Source of the DNA: Desulfobacterales bacterium
GTDB lineage: Bacteria > Desulfobacterota > Desulfobacteria > Desulfobacterales > JAFDDL01
NCBI GenBank assembly: GCA_963675725.2
Contig: CAXXXZ010000002.1
Location: 1,839,459 to 1,871,458, forward strand
Direction of reading: 5' to 3'
DNA: 32,000 nt
Shown here: positions 1 through 8,331 of the stretch, piece by piece
Layout of the letters: the number at the start of each line of letters is the position of its first letter
Numbering within the stretch: the first letter of the stretch is position 1
Notes under the pieces: model-generated
Seen by the model: only the letters and a program-made list of their open reading frames with translations
Told to the model about the DNA's origin: nothing
The model's database searches: none
Made by a program: the position numbers and the translations under genes

Positions 1-202
1 GATCGGTGAACAGTGAGAAGATAAGGATAAAAGAAGTGATCAGTTATAAGTGATGGGTGATGGATAATGGGTAATGAGTTATGAGAGCGGGTGTAGCGTT
101 TATTTTTTTAATACTCTTAATCAAACCCAATCCGGCTGGGCCGGAAGTCGTGAGTCTACAGTCGAGAGTCAACAGGCACAACCATCCATAAAGATGAACG
201 CT

Positions 203-313
203 TGGGAAGGCTCTATCACGATGAAGTATCGCTTTACCTTTCATTTCGAAGAGGACATAGTCATTTTCAGAGCCATTGGAACGTATGATATCCTTTTACG
301 CGATGCTTCGTGA
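203..313 (+). pseudogene. RelE/ParE-family toxin, 3' remnant (last ~36 codons)
   Basis: 111 nt are near-identical to the 3' end of the intact gene at 23334-23444 (WEGSITMKYRFTFHFEE..ILLRDAS*). The 5' part is replaced by unrelated sequence. Confidence 0.8.
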
Positions 314-430
314 TTCACACTTCGTATTTCTCTGCTTTGGTTACATACCTATCCCCTACCGCTGGTCTCTGACTTCCGATATCTGATCTCTGCCCCCTGT
401 CTTTTCAGTTCACCGGTCACCGATCACTAA

Positions 431-452
431 TTTCTGTCAAGATTCAAGACCC
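431..452 (+). repeat. 20-bp terminal box of mosaic block (copy 1 of 10)
   Basis: Sequence tttctgtcaagattcaagaccc, preceded by cagttcaccggtcaccgatcac. Consensus TTCTGTCAAGAWTSAAGACC. Confidence 0.8.
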
Positions 453-468
453 GTTGCAGTTCAATGAA

Positions 469-576
469 TATAATTTTGAATGCTGAATGTTGAATTAATG
501 TGGGTTGCCTATTCTAATAACAACGAAATTCTTCATTTAATTTTATTCGAAATTCAAAACTCATAATTCAAAATTG
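469..576 (+). repeat. AT-rich hairpin element X (diverged copy)
   Basis: GAATGTTGAATT-type left arm and AATTCAAAAYTC-type right arm around a ~50-nt loop. Same architecture as 9831-9945, 21127-21235 and 21822-21920. Confidence 0.5.
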
Positions 577-688
577 ACCATTGCCGTCCTTAACGTCTTG
601 GCGTCTTCGGGTGACATTTGTTTTTTTCTGTTCTCACGCCCACGCGAAGTCTATCAAACTCGCTTATCTCGTTCAAGCTGCAGCGTCG
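577..688 (+). repeat. Element A (long variant), imperfect palindrome
   Basis: cttggcgtcttcgggtgacatttg...ttctcacgccc...aactcgcttatctcgttcaagctgcagcgtcgc. Related to 9508-9568, 21236-21287, 21920-22005 and 22416-22497. Confidence 0.65.
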
Positions 689-1849
689 CTAAGATTTTAT
701 CTTCCCCGCAAGAATCCGATAGGGCCTTAAAAAATGATAAAGAAACAAAAATCGATCCGGCAGCGGATACTGATCCCATTCCCGAACGGTTGGTTGAAAA
801 AAGAGACGAAAAAAATATCTGATACCATCTATCACGCTATCCCGGACAAAGAAGTGGCCCGCAGAAAATCGCCAATGAACGTTTTTAGAAAATTCGGTCT
901 GGTTATTTTCAATTCTTCGAATAAAATGTTTAGAAAGTCTTTTAAGGACAACCTCTGCGGATATTTTTGGGTGAATCAAAACTGGCAACTTCGCATCAAA
1001 GAAGTATTCCGCGAGCATCATCCCCAGCATCACCATCCGTTTACACTTAAATTTTCTGGCCCGTTCAAAAAGAGCTTCCCAATCGTCAATGTTGCCAGCG
1101 TTGATTATCTCCGCGATGGAAATGATCGGCTCCAGCTTGTCCCAGCAGTGACTGGTGGAATGGATGCAAAGGTAAATCAACAAATCTTCATAAGAGAGTG
1201 TTTGAATAGTCCGATCCAGGAAATCGATTTTAATGGTACGTGAAACCAGGTTTTCAACCGCAACTGGCTTGGTTGCATACCTGCCGGTCAACTCCCAGTG
1301 CAAATCAATATGGACACTGCCGGTTTCATTACTGAGTTCAAAAAAATTTTCTTTATTGAGGAAGGAAGATAATTGGCCATTTGGGATATCCACATTTGTT
1401 CTATAGCCATGATTTTTTAGAAGGCTCATCGCCTTTGCCACATCTTTTTTCCGAATGAGAATATCAAGATCTGCAAAGGCCCTTGCGCCAATGTCTTTAT
1501 AAATCAACTCAGATTGGAGCGGCCCCTTTATGGGGATTGCAGCAATATTGTTTTGGGTAAAAAGGTCGTATATCCCGATGAGGGTTGCGCTTAGCGATAA
1601 GTTTCTATAGCTGTTTTTAAAAAAACTGTTTTTAAATTCACTAAAAACGGATTCTGGGATGTCGGCTTTATCAGCTTTGTTTAAAGTCTTATAGAGGATA
1701 CAGAACAATCCATGGGTTTTGGCCAAAGAAACGACCTGTTCCCAATCGATATCACGAAGGGAACGGTTATCTTTAGAGAGTAAGTCATCCCCACCCTTTG
1801 CCAATGAAAGAACAACCTTCAACGGATCATTTAGCAAGCGCTTGCTCAT
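689..1849 (-). CDS. Uncharacterised nucleotidyltransferase-family protein (NTP_transf_5-like)
   Basis: 386-aa ORF of ~380 aa with a DLDILI motif, as in the uncharacterised nucleotidyltransferase family found in polysaccharide loci. Assigned from memory of the family. Confidence 0.5.
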   Translation of the reverse strand: MSKRLLNDPLKVVLSLAKGGDDLLSKDNRSLRDIDWEQVVSLAKTHGLFCILYKTLNKADKADIPESVFSEFKNSFFKNSYRNLSLSATLIGIYDLFTQNNIAAIPIKGPLQSELIYKDIGARAFADLDILIRKKDVAKAMSLLKNHGYRTNVDIPNGQLSSFLNKENFFELSNETGSVHIDLHWELTGRYATKPVAVENLVSRTIKIDFLDRTIQTLSYEDLLIYLCIHSTSHCWDKLEPIISIAEIINAGNIDDWEALFERARKFKCKRMVMLGMMLAEYFFDAKLPVLIHPKISAEVVLKRLSKHFIRRIENNQTEFSKNVHWRFSAGHFFVRDSVIDGIRYFFRLFFQPTVREWDQYPLPDRFLFLYHFLRPYRILAGKIKS

Positions 1850-1892
1850 AAACCTTTATGGTCTGTTCCATTTTTTGATCAATTACATCCAC
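1846..1892 (-). pseudogene. Glycosyltransferase C-terminal remnant
   Basis: The minus strand reads ..DQKMEQTIKVYEQA and overlaps the ATG at 1849. About 45 nt align with the 3' ends of the glycosyltransferase genes at 7007 and 19122 (..QTIKVYEQALKKR*). Confidence 0.45.
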
Positions 1893-2014
1893 CACGAAGT
1901 TAATGAAGAGCTTGAAGAAACAACGATTCATAATTCAAAACTCAAAATTGTCGCTTACCGCTCTCTGACTTCCGACCTCTTGCCCTTCGCAGTTCACACA
2001 GATCACTGATCACT
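1886..2014 (+). repeat. 129-bp mosaic segment, near-identical copy of 18917-19045
   Basis: ccaccacgaagttaatgaagagcttgaagaaacaacgattcataattcaaaactcaaaattgtcgcttaccgctctctgacttccgacctcttgcccttcgcagttcacacagatcactgatcact occurs in both places. Confidence 0.85.
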
Positions 2015-2156
2015 GTTCACGGTATGACACTAATGTGGTTCTCTGGGTGAAGAGTGATGAGTGATGCGTAATGAGTGAAGTGTTAATGGCTGATTTTGTT
2101 TTTTAGACTTCGAATTAGGCCTAAAAGCATTTTTCTTATTGGCGCCACGGAATTTT

Positions 2157-2241
2157 ATATTTCCATCGCAGCGTCGAAAGCTTTTCTGTAAACTTTCAGA
2201 TCTCTCACTGACCGGATCCTATTCGAATGTCTTTCAACCAT
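2157..2241 (-). pseudogene. Four-helix-bundle (23S rRNA IVS-type) protein, N-terminal fragment
   Basis: Reads MVERHSNRIRSVRDLKVYRKAFDAAMEI*. The fragment plus its upstream leader (2157-2310) is near-identical to 6729-6885. Confidence 0.6.
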
Positions 2242-2326
2242 CGTCCATCATCAGAGCAAAGCGGTCGTCCCACGTCCATCGGTCTTTACTGTTCACCGAT
2301 CACTGATCAACTATTCACGGCAGTTA

Positions 2327-2346
2327 TTCTGTCAAGATTCAAGACC
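2327..2346 (+). repeat. 20-bp terminal box (copy 2)
   Basis: Sequence ttctgtcaagattcaagacc, preceded by cacggcagttat. A unit-specific promoter follows. Confidence 0.8.
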
Positions 2347-2374
2347 TTTTGTTTCCCCAGCTTTTTAGTTCGCC

Positions 2375-2403
2375 TTGACAACTTTTCATAAAACACATAA
2401 TAA
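2375..2403 (+). promoter_or_regulatory. Sigma70-like promoter of RHH-MazF unit
   Basis: TTGACA, 17 nt, TAATAA, about 35 nt upstream of the ATG at 2437. Confidence 0.55.
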
Positions 2404-2436
2404 TACATCATTAAAGACACACTCAAAGGAGGTTTT

Positions 2437-2685
2437 ATGAACACAGAAAATATTCGCCTTAATATTACATTGCCGAAAGATCTGGTCCACATTATAGATC
2501 AGATAACCGGCCCCCGGAAACGCAGCTTGTTTATCGCCGAAGCCATTCAGCTCAAATTGAATCAAGCCCGAAAAGAAGCTCTTGAAAAACAACTGGCCGA
2601 AGGCTATCGCGCTGGTTACCAGGAAAGCCTCGATATCGCGTCTGAATATGAAACCGCCGACCTGGAGGGCTGGGATGACTATTGA
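2437..2685 (+). CDS. Ribbon-helix-helix antitoxin (CopG/MazE-like)
   Basis: 82 aa with an N-terminal RHH pattern (IRLNITLPKDLVHIID) and RBS aaaggagg. Its stop overlaps the downstream MazF-like gene. Confidence 0.75.
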   Translation: MNTENIRLNITLPKDLVHIIDQITGPRKRSLFIAEAIQLKLNQARKEALEKQLAEGYRAGYQESLDIASEYETADLEGWDDY

Positions 2686-3034
2686 AAGAGGGGAAATTCA
2701 TCTGGCAGCACTGGATCCCACCGTGGGCCGGGAAATTGCCAAAACTAGGCCTGTCGTTATCATATCAAACAATGTCAACAACCGATTTGCAGGTACCGTT
2801 TCTGTCTTACCAATCACTTCAAAAAATGTGCAGAAAATTTATCCATTTGAGGTAAAACTGCCCGAAGGCTCGGGCAATCTTCCGAAACATTCAAAGGTTA
2901 AAGCAGACCAAATACGAACCCTCGATAAATGTCGGATCGTCAAGCGCATTGGCGTGTTAAACGCTGAAAATATGGCAAACATAGAAACTGCCCTTAAAAT
3001 ACATCTTGGACTGGAATTTGAGTTAGATTCCTAA
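2675..3034 (+). CDS. MazF/PemK-family endoribonuclease toxin
   Basis: MTIERGEIHLAALDPTVGREIAKTRPVVIISN.. is a typical PemK/MazF N-terminus. The ATG at 2675 overlaps the antitoxin by 11 nt. Confidence 0.85.
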   Translation: MTIERGEIHLAALDPTVGREIAKTRPVVIISNNVNNRFAGTVSVLPITSKNVQKIYPFEVKLPEGSGNLPKHSKVKADQIRTLDKCRIVKRIGVLNAENMANIETALKIHLGLEFELDS

Positions 3035-3049
3035 CGGCCTGCATAATAC

Positions 3050-3136
3050 AGAAGATATCGAAGGATTGGTTAAAAGGCATGTTGATATCGTTAGGGTTCG
3101 TGAAAAAAAGAATCCTCTCCTCCGCGAGCGGATTGA
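3050..3136 (+). pseudogene. MNT-type nucleotidyltransferase, 3' remnant
   Basis: EDIEGLVKRHVDIVRVREKKNPLLRERIE aligns with the C-terminus of the MNT at 17847-18137 (EDIEVLVQRHVDIIRVREQMNPFLRERIE). No upstream part is present. Confidence 0.7.
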
Positions 3137-3244
3137 ACCATCGTCTTTTTGTGTATGTCCGTTGTTCATTCAAACTCCATAACTCATAATTCAAAATTGC
3201 CCCACCATCGGTTTTTGTTGCGTGATGAGTGATGCGTAATGAGT

Positions 3245-5489
3245 AATGGGTTCCGGGTAAAGGCACCGGTTACCCGGCGCCCTCCCCACAGACCCGGACG
3301 TGCAGTTTTCCCGCATCCGGTTCCTCGATTCAGGCCCTTTTTACCGAGCCGTCAACCAATCAGGCGACACCCCGATTGGCGCATAACTTTGCTGCCCTGC
3401 AAGTGTTCAGATATTATGAACTATCCGGGGGAGCGGCAGGGGAAAGGTCTTGAGAATGCGATTGAACTTCTCGCAACTTATATACCCATCCCTATGGCGC
3501 CGTCCGAGCCAGCGTCTCCATGCTTTTCCTGCGAACTCGTACACCACCTCCAGCACCTTATAGTTTCCCCGCACCCCAAAGTATTGGTAATACCCCCGAA
3601 GTTTGCTGCATAGCATTTCATGCTGCTCTTTCAGGGGGTCATGCCGATTTTCTTTGCACCAATTCCACAACATCCGCATAAAGCGGTTTCGCCGTTTCCG
3701 GGCGGTTTGCTTCTTTATCACCCAGTTGCCCTTAAGGCTTTTACCCCAGTAAAAGGTAAACCCGAGAAAATCAAAGGTTCCTTTCGGCTTCCCGCTCCGT
3801 GGTGGCTTTCCGAATGGAATCAACCGGGTCTTTTCCGGATGAAGGTCTAATTTGAAACGGTTGAATCGTTTCGGTAATGCTTCCATTAATCTCTTAGCGT
3901 CCGACTCCAGTTGAAACCCCATAATGAAATCATCTGCAAATCGAATTAGGAAACACTTGCCCTTCAAACGTGGTCCGACCTCCTTGACGTACCAGTCGTC
4001 CAACACGTAGTGCAGAAAAACGTTACTGAGCGTCGGCGAAATAACCCCACCTTGGGGAGTACCCTTCTCAGGATAGATGACCTCACCGCCTTCAGCTACA
4101 CCGGCGTTCAACCACTTGCCGATAAGCCGAATAATGCCGCCGTCATTCACCCTGATTCGGATTATATCCCGCAGCAGGTTACGATCAATATTGTCAAATA
4201 ATCCTGTAATATCAGCGCTCAAGATCCAGTTGATGTTCAGATTTCGGCATTTCTCACGAAGTTCGTGGATTGCCATATGCTGGCTGTGGCCGGGACGAAA
4301 CCCATGCGAAAAATCATGGAATATCGGTTCATAGACCACACCCAATAGGATCGCCACCGCCTTTTGAACTATCTTGTCTTCCAGGGCAGTAATCCCTATG
4401 GGGCGCTTTTTACCGTCTTCCTTATCCAGCCAAATGCGCTTCACCGGGGAAGCAACGTACTGACCTCTGCACAGCCGTTGATATAGATTATAGAGGTTTT
4501 CGTCAAGATCCACGGCGTACTGCTTTGCCGTCACCTTGTCTACACCGGTGGACTCATTCTTGTGCAGTTTGCGGAATGACTTTCTCAACAGGGATAAATC
4601 GATCCTGTGCGCCAGAGACGTAAACACCAAACGCGGGTCCGCCTCTGCCAGCATCTTGACCCGGACGAGCGAAGACTCACCTACCAATAGCGGTGGATTG
4701 TCCTTTACGTCACGGTTTGAACAACTCCTGGAATCGCACGCATCCTGCGACGCAATTCCCTGGTTTTTCGTTGATATGGTTTGTGATTTCTGTGTATCTC
4801 CCATAGTTCCTTCCAGAGAAACGTTATACCCTGCTTCACCTTCCCTACAGTGGGTCGCTTGGGCGAAACTTCCCCACCTTCCCGTCCCGGTTTCCCCGAA
4901 CATCGGTACTATGATCCACTAAGACTTCCGAATGCCTATCTTGGGGTTGTTCGTTTGTCACTCCGCCCCCAATACCTTGTATCACCTCTCTGCGTTCGTC
5001 AATTCTCTCGAACTCTCTGCACAGCGGAGGTTGTCTGTTGCAGAGCCGGGAGTTTTACTCTTTGGACGGTTTCTCCCAACCGTGTCGTACAAGGAAGCAT
5101 TCGGATCTCCCCAGTTCCCGAGTTACCCCCTTGAGCACATGCCCTGGTCTCAGACCCCGGTGGTGTCCTATTCGCTCGCCATAACGCTCACAGGACTTCT
5201 GCCTTCCACTCACTTCACAGTGTCGGCTTTCTCTTCCTTAGTATCAGGACGATTATCCTATCGGTCCACAACTATACATATTTCGGGGCTCAATGCAGGG
5301 CCTACGCCCTTGCTCCGTCCGGCTCCAGACGCCCGTTACCGGGTTTGCCTGCGGACCTCGCTACTGAGCTGGTGGCTAACCTTTGCTCAGATGGGACTTT
5401 CTCATTTTGAGATCACCCATTGGGTAACAATATCGTATTTCTTCTACCTTTCGGTAAAATCCCAACGACTCGGGCTTCGCTGGGCGCGA
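3245..5489 (-). mobile_element. Group II intron 1 (ORF-containing, atypical hallmarks)
   Basis: RT/maturase ORF in domain IV. Domain V-like hairpin at 3291-3323 (gaaccggaugcgggaaaacugcacguccggguc). Borders (+/-1-2 nt) come from comparison with an unoccupied paralogous site at 2054-2084 (junction 2076|2077). The 5' end aligns with the GUGCGCCCAG type but reads UCGCGCCCAG. Confidence 0.75.
3407..4903 (-). CDS. Group II intron reverse transcriptase/maturase (no En domain seen)
   Basis: RT blocks (RPIGITALEDKIVQ, TPQGGVISPTLSN, IRFADDF) and a maturase X tail (LRGYYQYFGV). The true start may be an internal Met (~4804). Confidence 0.9.
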   Translation of the reverse strand: MFGETGTGRWGSFAQATHCREGEAGYNVSLEGTMGDTQKSQTISTKNQGIASQDACDSRSCSNRDVKDNPPLLVGESSLVRVKMLAEADPRLVFTSLAHRIDLSLLRKSFRKLHKNESTGVDKVTAKQYAVDLDENLYNLYQRLCRGQYVASPVKRIWLDKEDGKKRPIGITALEDKIVQKAVAILLGVVYEPIFHDFSHGFRPGHSQHMAIHELREKCRNLNINWILSADITGLFDNIDRNLLRDIIRIRVNDGGIIRLIGKWLNAGVAEGGEVIYPEKGTPQGGVISPTLSNVFLHYVLDDWYVKEVGPRLKGKCFLIRFADDFIMGFQLESDAKRLMEALPKRFNRFKLDLHPEKTRLIPFGKPPRSGKPKGTFDFLGFTFYWGKSLKGNWVIKKQTARKRRNRFMRMLWNWCKENRHDPLKEQHEMLCSKLRGYYQYFGVRGNYKVLEVVYEFAGKAWRRWLGRRHRDGYISCEKFNRILKTFPLPLPRIVHNI

Positions 5490-5590
5490 GAAGTGTTTTT
5501 GTTCTGACCTCTGCTCTCCGACCTCTTGCCCTTCCCAGTTCACACCGATCACTGATCACTATTCACGGCAGTTATTCACAGTTCACTGGT

Positions 5591-5610
5591 TCCTTTCAAG
5601 AATGAAGACC
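5591..5610 (+). repeat. 20-bp terminal box (copy 3, diverged)
   Basis: Sequence tcctttcaagaatgaagacc, preceded by cacggcagttattcacagttcactgg. Confidence 0.65.
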
Positions 5611-5690
5611 TTGGATAGTTATACCGAATACCCTATGCCGAGTTAAATCACCTCGACGAGTGATCAGTTACAAATAACCAGAATTCACCT

Positions 5691-6041
5691 TCAGGCAGAT
5701 TCTATGAGGCTTTCGTAAGGGATACCCAACCCTTTGTGTAGTTTCTTGATTTGCGGCAGCGACAGGGGACGTTTTCGGTTCAGGACATCGCTGACCCTGC
5801 TTTTAGGACCGAGGTATTGCTCAAGAGCCTTACGGTCTATATTCATCTGTTCCATTCGAAACAAGATGGCATTCACCGGGTCAGAAGGAGGGATGGGGTA
5901 ATGTTTCTCCTCATAGGCATCAACCAGAACCAGCAAGATATCAAGCTCATCTCCTCTCGGGGTATCGGGCTCAGCCCCCCAAAGTGCTTCAATCCGTTTA
6001 AGACTCTTTTGGTATGTTTTTTCATCCTTAATAGGCTTCAT
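5691..6041 (-). CDS. higA: HigA-type HTH antitoxin
   Basis: 116 aa with a C-terminal XRE-type HTH (SRVSDVLNRKRPLSLPQIKKL). Overlaps the upstream HigB-like gene by 4 nt. Confidence 0.75.
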   Translation of the reverse strand: MKPIKDEKTYQKSLKRIEALWGAEPDTPRGDELDILLVLVDAYEEKHYPIPPSDPVNAILFRMEQMNIDRKALEQYLGPKSRVSDVLNRKRPLSLPQIKKLHKGLGIPYESLIESA

Positions 6042-6340
6042 TCGACAACCTCAACGTCTATGGCGTCGTATTCAGCATGCGTACCAACGAACTTGATGAA
6101 CATCGCCTGCCTCTTATAATCCATTGCGCACACAATACGATAATCATTTCCCTTGATATTGAAAACAATCCTGTTGTTGCCCACAATCGAAGCATGCCCG
6201 AATGTACTTTTAACCTCCTGGGGTGTCGTCCAAGACTGTTTGGAACAGAAATGATACCACTCAGTTAAATATGACTGGGCCTTCTCATTGCCGGACCGCT
6301 CCCAGTATTTTCGTAGCCGACTTTTTGCAATTATTCTCAT
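6038..6340 (-). CDS. higB: HigB-family mRNA interferase toxin
   Basis: MRIIAKSRLRKYWE..NRIVFNIKGNDYRIVCAMDYKRQAMFIKFVGTHAEYD shows the typical HigB_toxin pattern, with the toxin upstream of the antitoxin. Confidence 0.8.
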   Translation of the reverse strand: MRIIAKSRLRKYWERSGNEKAQSYLTEWYHFCSKQSWTTPQEVKSTFGHASIVGNNRIVFNIKGNDYRIVCAMDYKRQAMFIKFVGTHAEYDAIDVEVVE

Positions 6341-6559
6341 GCATGCATCGTGTTACCATAATGGTAACTACCTTGATTAAAAAAATCAAGCATGTAAAAA
6401 AGATACACTTCCCGGTTAACAGGTTAACTCACGCCCTCGCCCCTCCGTATACCCCGTTCTTGCGCATTGCCGTCACCAGATCAGGTGAATAGGTCGATGG
6501 ACGACAGACGAACGCTTCGCTCAGACGAAGGACGAGGGAAACCCTACTGGGCCAGATAG

Positions 6560-6813
6560 CGAATGGATTCATTGGGTTGATGAGTTACAAAAAGAATCGG
6601 CTCTCCTTTCCATCGAGTTTAGCATGGCAAAAATGTTTTCGTAGGTATCATCCAATATCGCGAACTTCTCCTAATTTGATCAATCAATGAATATGTTTCA
6701 TTTTTTGGGAATTTTTTCGTATGTTCATATATTTCCATCGCAGCGTCGAAAGCTTTTCTGTAGACTTTCAGATCTCTCACTGACCGGACCCTATTCGAAT
6801 GTTTTTCAACCAT
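6560..6813 (-). pseudogene. Four-helix-bundle (23S rRNA IVS-type/Avd-like) protein, internally deleted
   Basis: The N-terminal 53 aa (DLKVYRKAFDAAMEIYEHTKKFPKNETYSLIDQIRRSS) are joined out of frame to a C-terminal piece (..DDTYENIFAMLNSMERRADSF). Confidence 0.6.
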
Positions 6814-7006
6814 CGTCTATCATCCTAGCAAAGCGGTCGTCCCACGTCCATCGGTCTTTACTGTTCACCGATCACTGATCACTCATTACTCATCACTTTT
6901 TCCCTGATCCCTTGCCCTTTTCAGTTCACTGCTCACTGTTCACTGCAGTTATTCACAGTTCACTGATCACAGATCACAGTTCACAGTTCACGGTAGTTAT
7001 TCACAG

Positions 7007-8116
7007 TCACCGTTTTTTAAGCGCCTGCTCATAAACCTTTATGGTCTGCGCTGCAATTTTTTCCCAATTGTATTTTTCTTTTATCCGGCTGATAAAATCG
7101 TTTTTCTCCCCATCTGAAATCCCAACCTCAAGAAGCCGCTCCATTTTCTCTTTCAAATCTTCGACATCCCCGCATGTAAAATACCGATCTTTCCTGAGCC
7201 CCACCTCAAGGTTTGCGGGAATATCAGAAACGAGCACCGAGCGCCCGTAGCCCATGGCCTCAAGCAAAGCGATCGGGAGCCCTTCATGAAACGACGGCAT
7301 GACAAACAGCCTGGCATGGGAAAAAAGCTGATGTAAAGGTTCGCCGGTAATATACCCCGTCCGGATGATATTATCATCGGAATCAATCATCGCCTTTAGC
7401 TGTTTGCTGTAGGTTGTTTCATACTCAGAGTCACCCACAACGACTAATTTAAATTTTGTATTGCATTGCTGAAAAGCGCGAACGAGAAGCTCAAGACCTT
7501 TTTCTGGGACAAATCGCGCAACCGTTAGTACATATGAATCGGGTTCGAGATCAACTGAGTCTAAAAATGACCGCCCCTTATGCTTATTGGGAATGGCAGC
7601 CCCATTATAAATTACCGTTGCAGGTTTTTTATACTTTGTAAGGACAAGGTTCTCGATTGTTTTTGAGATTACAATCATTTCATTTGCAAAGAGACAACCC
7701 AGGTATTCGCCGATTTGGAGAAATAATTTTGAAAGCTTTCCCCACTTCTTTTTTTCATAATCCGGGCCATGGTGGGTGAAGATGACCGTTAAGCCCATTA
7801 TCCTTGCTACGGGAACTAATAAGGCAGGCCCAACCGCATGGATGTGAACCATATCCGCTTTTAACAGCTTCGCTTTTATGATGGATAGGAAGGTATGAAA
7901 TATTGTCTCAAGGTGTAAACTCGAAGGGGCAAAGGTGTTAATGATATTAACCCCCTTCCAGTTGCTTTGCTTCACCTTACAATATTTATTTCGAACTGAA
8001 ATAACGATTTCAAAATCTGAATTTTTCGATAGGTTTGCGTAAAGGTGTTGGCAGTGTGTCTCAATACCACCAGGAACATACGGAATCCCTCTCGTTCCGG
8101 TAACGAAAATTTTCAT
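7007..8116 (-). CDS. Glycosyltransferase (GT4-type with DUF1972-like N-terminus), copy 1
   Basis: 369 aa. MKIFVTGTRGIPYVPGGIETH at the N-terminus and an EGLPIALLEAM (E-x7-E region) in the C-terminal domain. About nine-tenths identical by eye to 19122-20231. Confidence 0.85.
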   Translation of the reverse strand: MKIFVTGTRGIPYVPGGIETHCQHLYANLSKNSDFEIVISVRNKYCKVKQSNWKGVNIINTFAPSSLHLETIFHTFLSIIKAKLLKADMVHIHAVGPALLVPVARIMGLTVIFTHHGPDYEKKKWGKLSKLFLQIGEYLGCLFANEMIVISKTIENLVLTKYKKPATVIYNGAAIPNKHKGRSFLDSVDLEPDSYVLTVARFVPEKGLELLVRAFQQCNTKFKLVVVGDSEYETTYSKQLKAMIDSDDNIIRTGYITGEPLHQLFSHARLFVMPSFHEGLPIALLEAMGYGRSVLVSDIPANLEVGLRKDRYFTCGDVEDLKEKMERLLEVGISDGEKNDFISRIKEKYNWEKIAAQTIKVYEQALKKR

Positions 8117-8174
8117 TCAAACTTTCTAATCTGCGCCGTACCCAGTGAAATCTTATTTTCACATTTCACCAAGG

Positions 8175-8223
8175 TAATCTGTGGATAGAAACTTATAAAC
8201 TTATGTACGTCCCTGAATTCCAC
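8175..8223 (+). repeat. Element Y, 3' part
   Basis: taatctgtggatagaaacttataaacttatgtacgtccctgaattccac. Same right end as 23671, 29093 and 30000. Confidence 0.8.
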
Positions 8224-8249
8224 GTTTCAACATGACACTGAGTCTTTTT

Positions 8250-8282
8250 GGACAATTTGAATTATTGAGTTTCAATTTGTCC
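8250..8282. promoter_or_regulatory. Palindromic operator-like site
   Basis: ggacaatttgaa, 9 nt, ttcaatttgtcc (11 of 12 complementary), about 50 nt upstream of the ATPase gene. Confidence 0.3.
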
Positions 8283-8331
8283 ATTTCTGATGTATGTTAA
8301 TAATACTAAATCCTAAAAAGACAGGTGGTCT

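Noticed and set aside
734-1243. A 169-aa plus-strand ORF.
   Set aside because: It is entirely antisense to the longer and better-supported 386-aa nucleotidyltransferase-like ORF.
3407-4903. The two reverse transcriptases considered as retron or diversity-generating-retroelement RTs, since Avd-like four-helix-bundle fragments are nearby.
   Set aside because: Both have a maturase X domain and flanking domain V/VI RNA structures typical of group II introns. No template/variable repeat pair or msr/msd-like structure was seen. The four-helix-bundle fragments are not adjacent to either RT.
4932-5507. Plus-strand ORFs of 60-190 aa across 3239-5605 and 10198-12201.
   Set aside because: They lie antisense to the group II intron RT genes or within the structured intron RNA domains (I-III, V-VI). 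They have no recognisable protein features.
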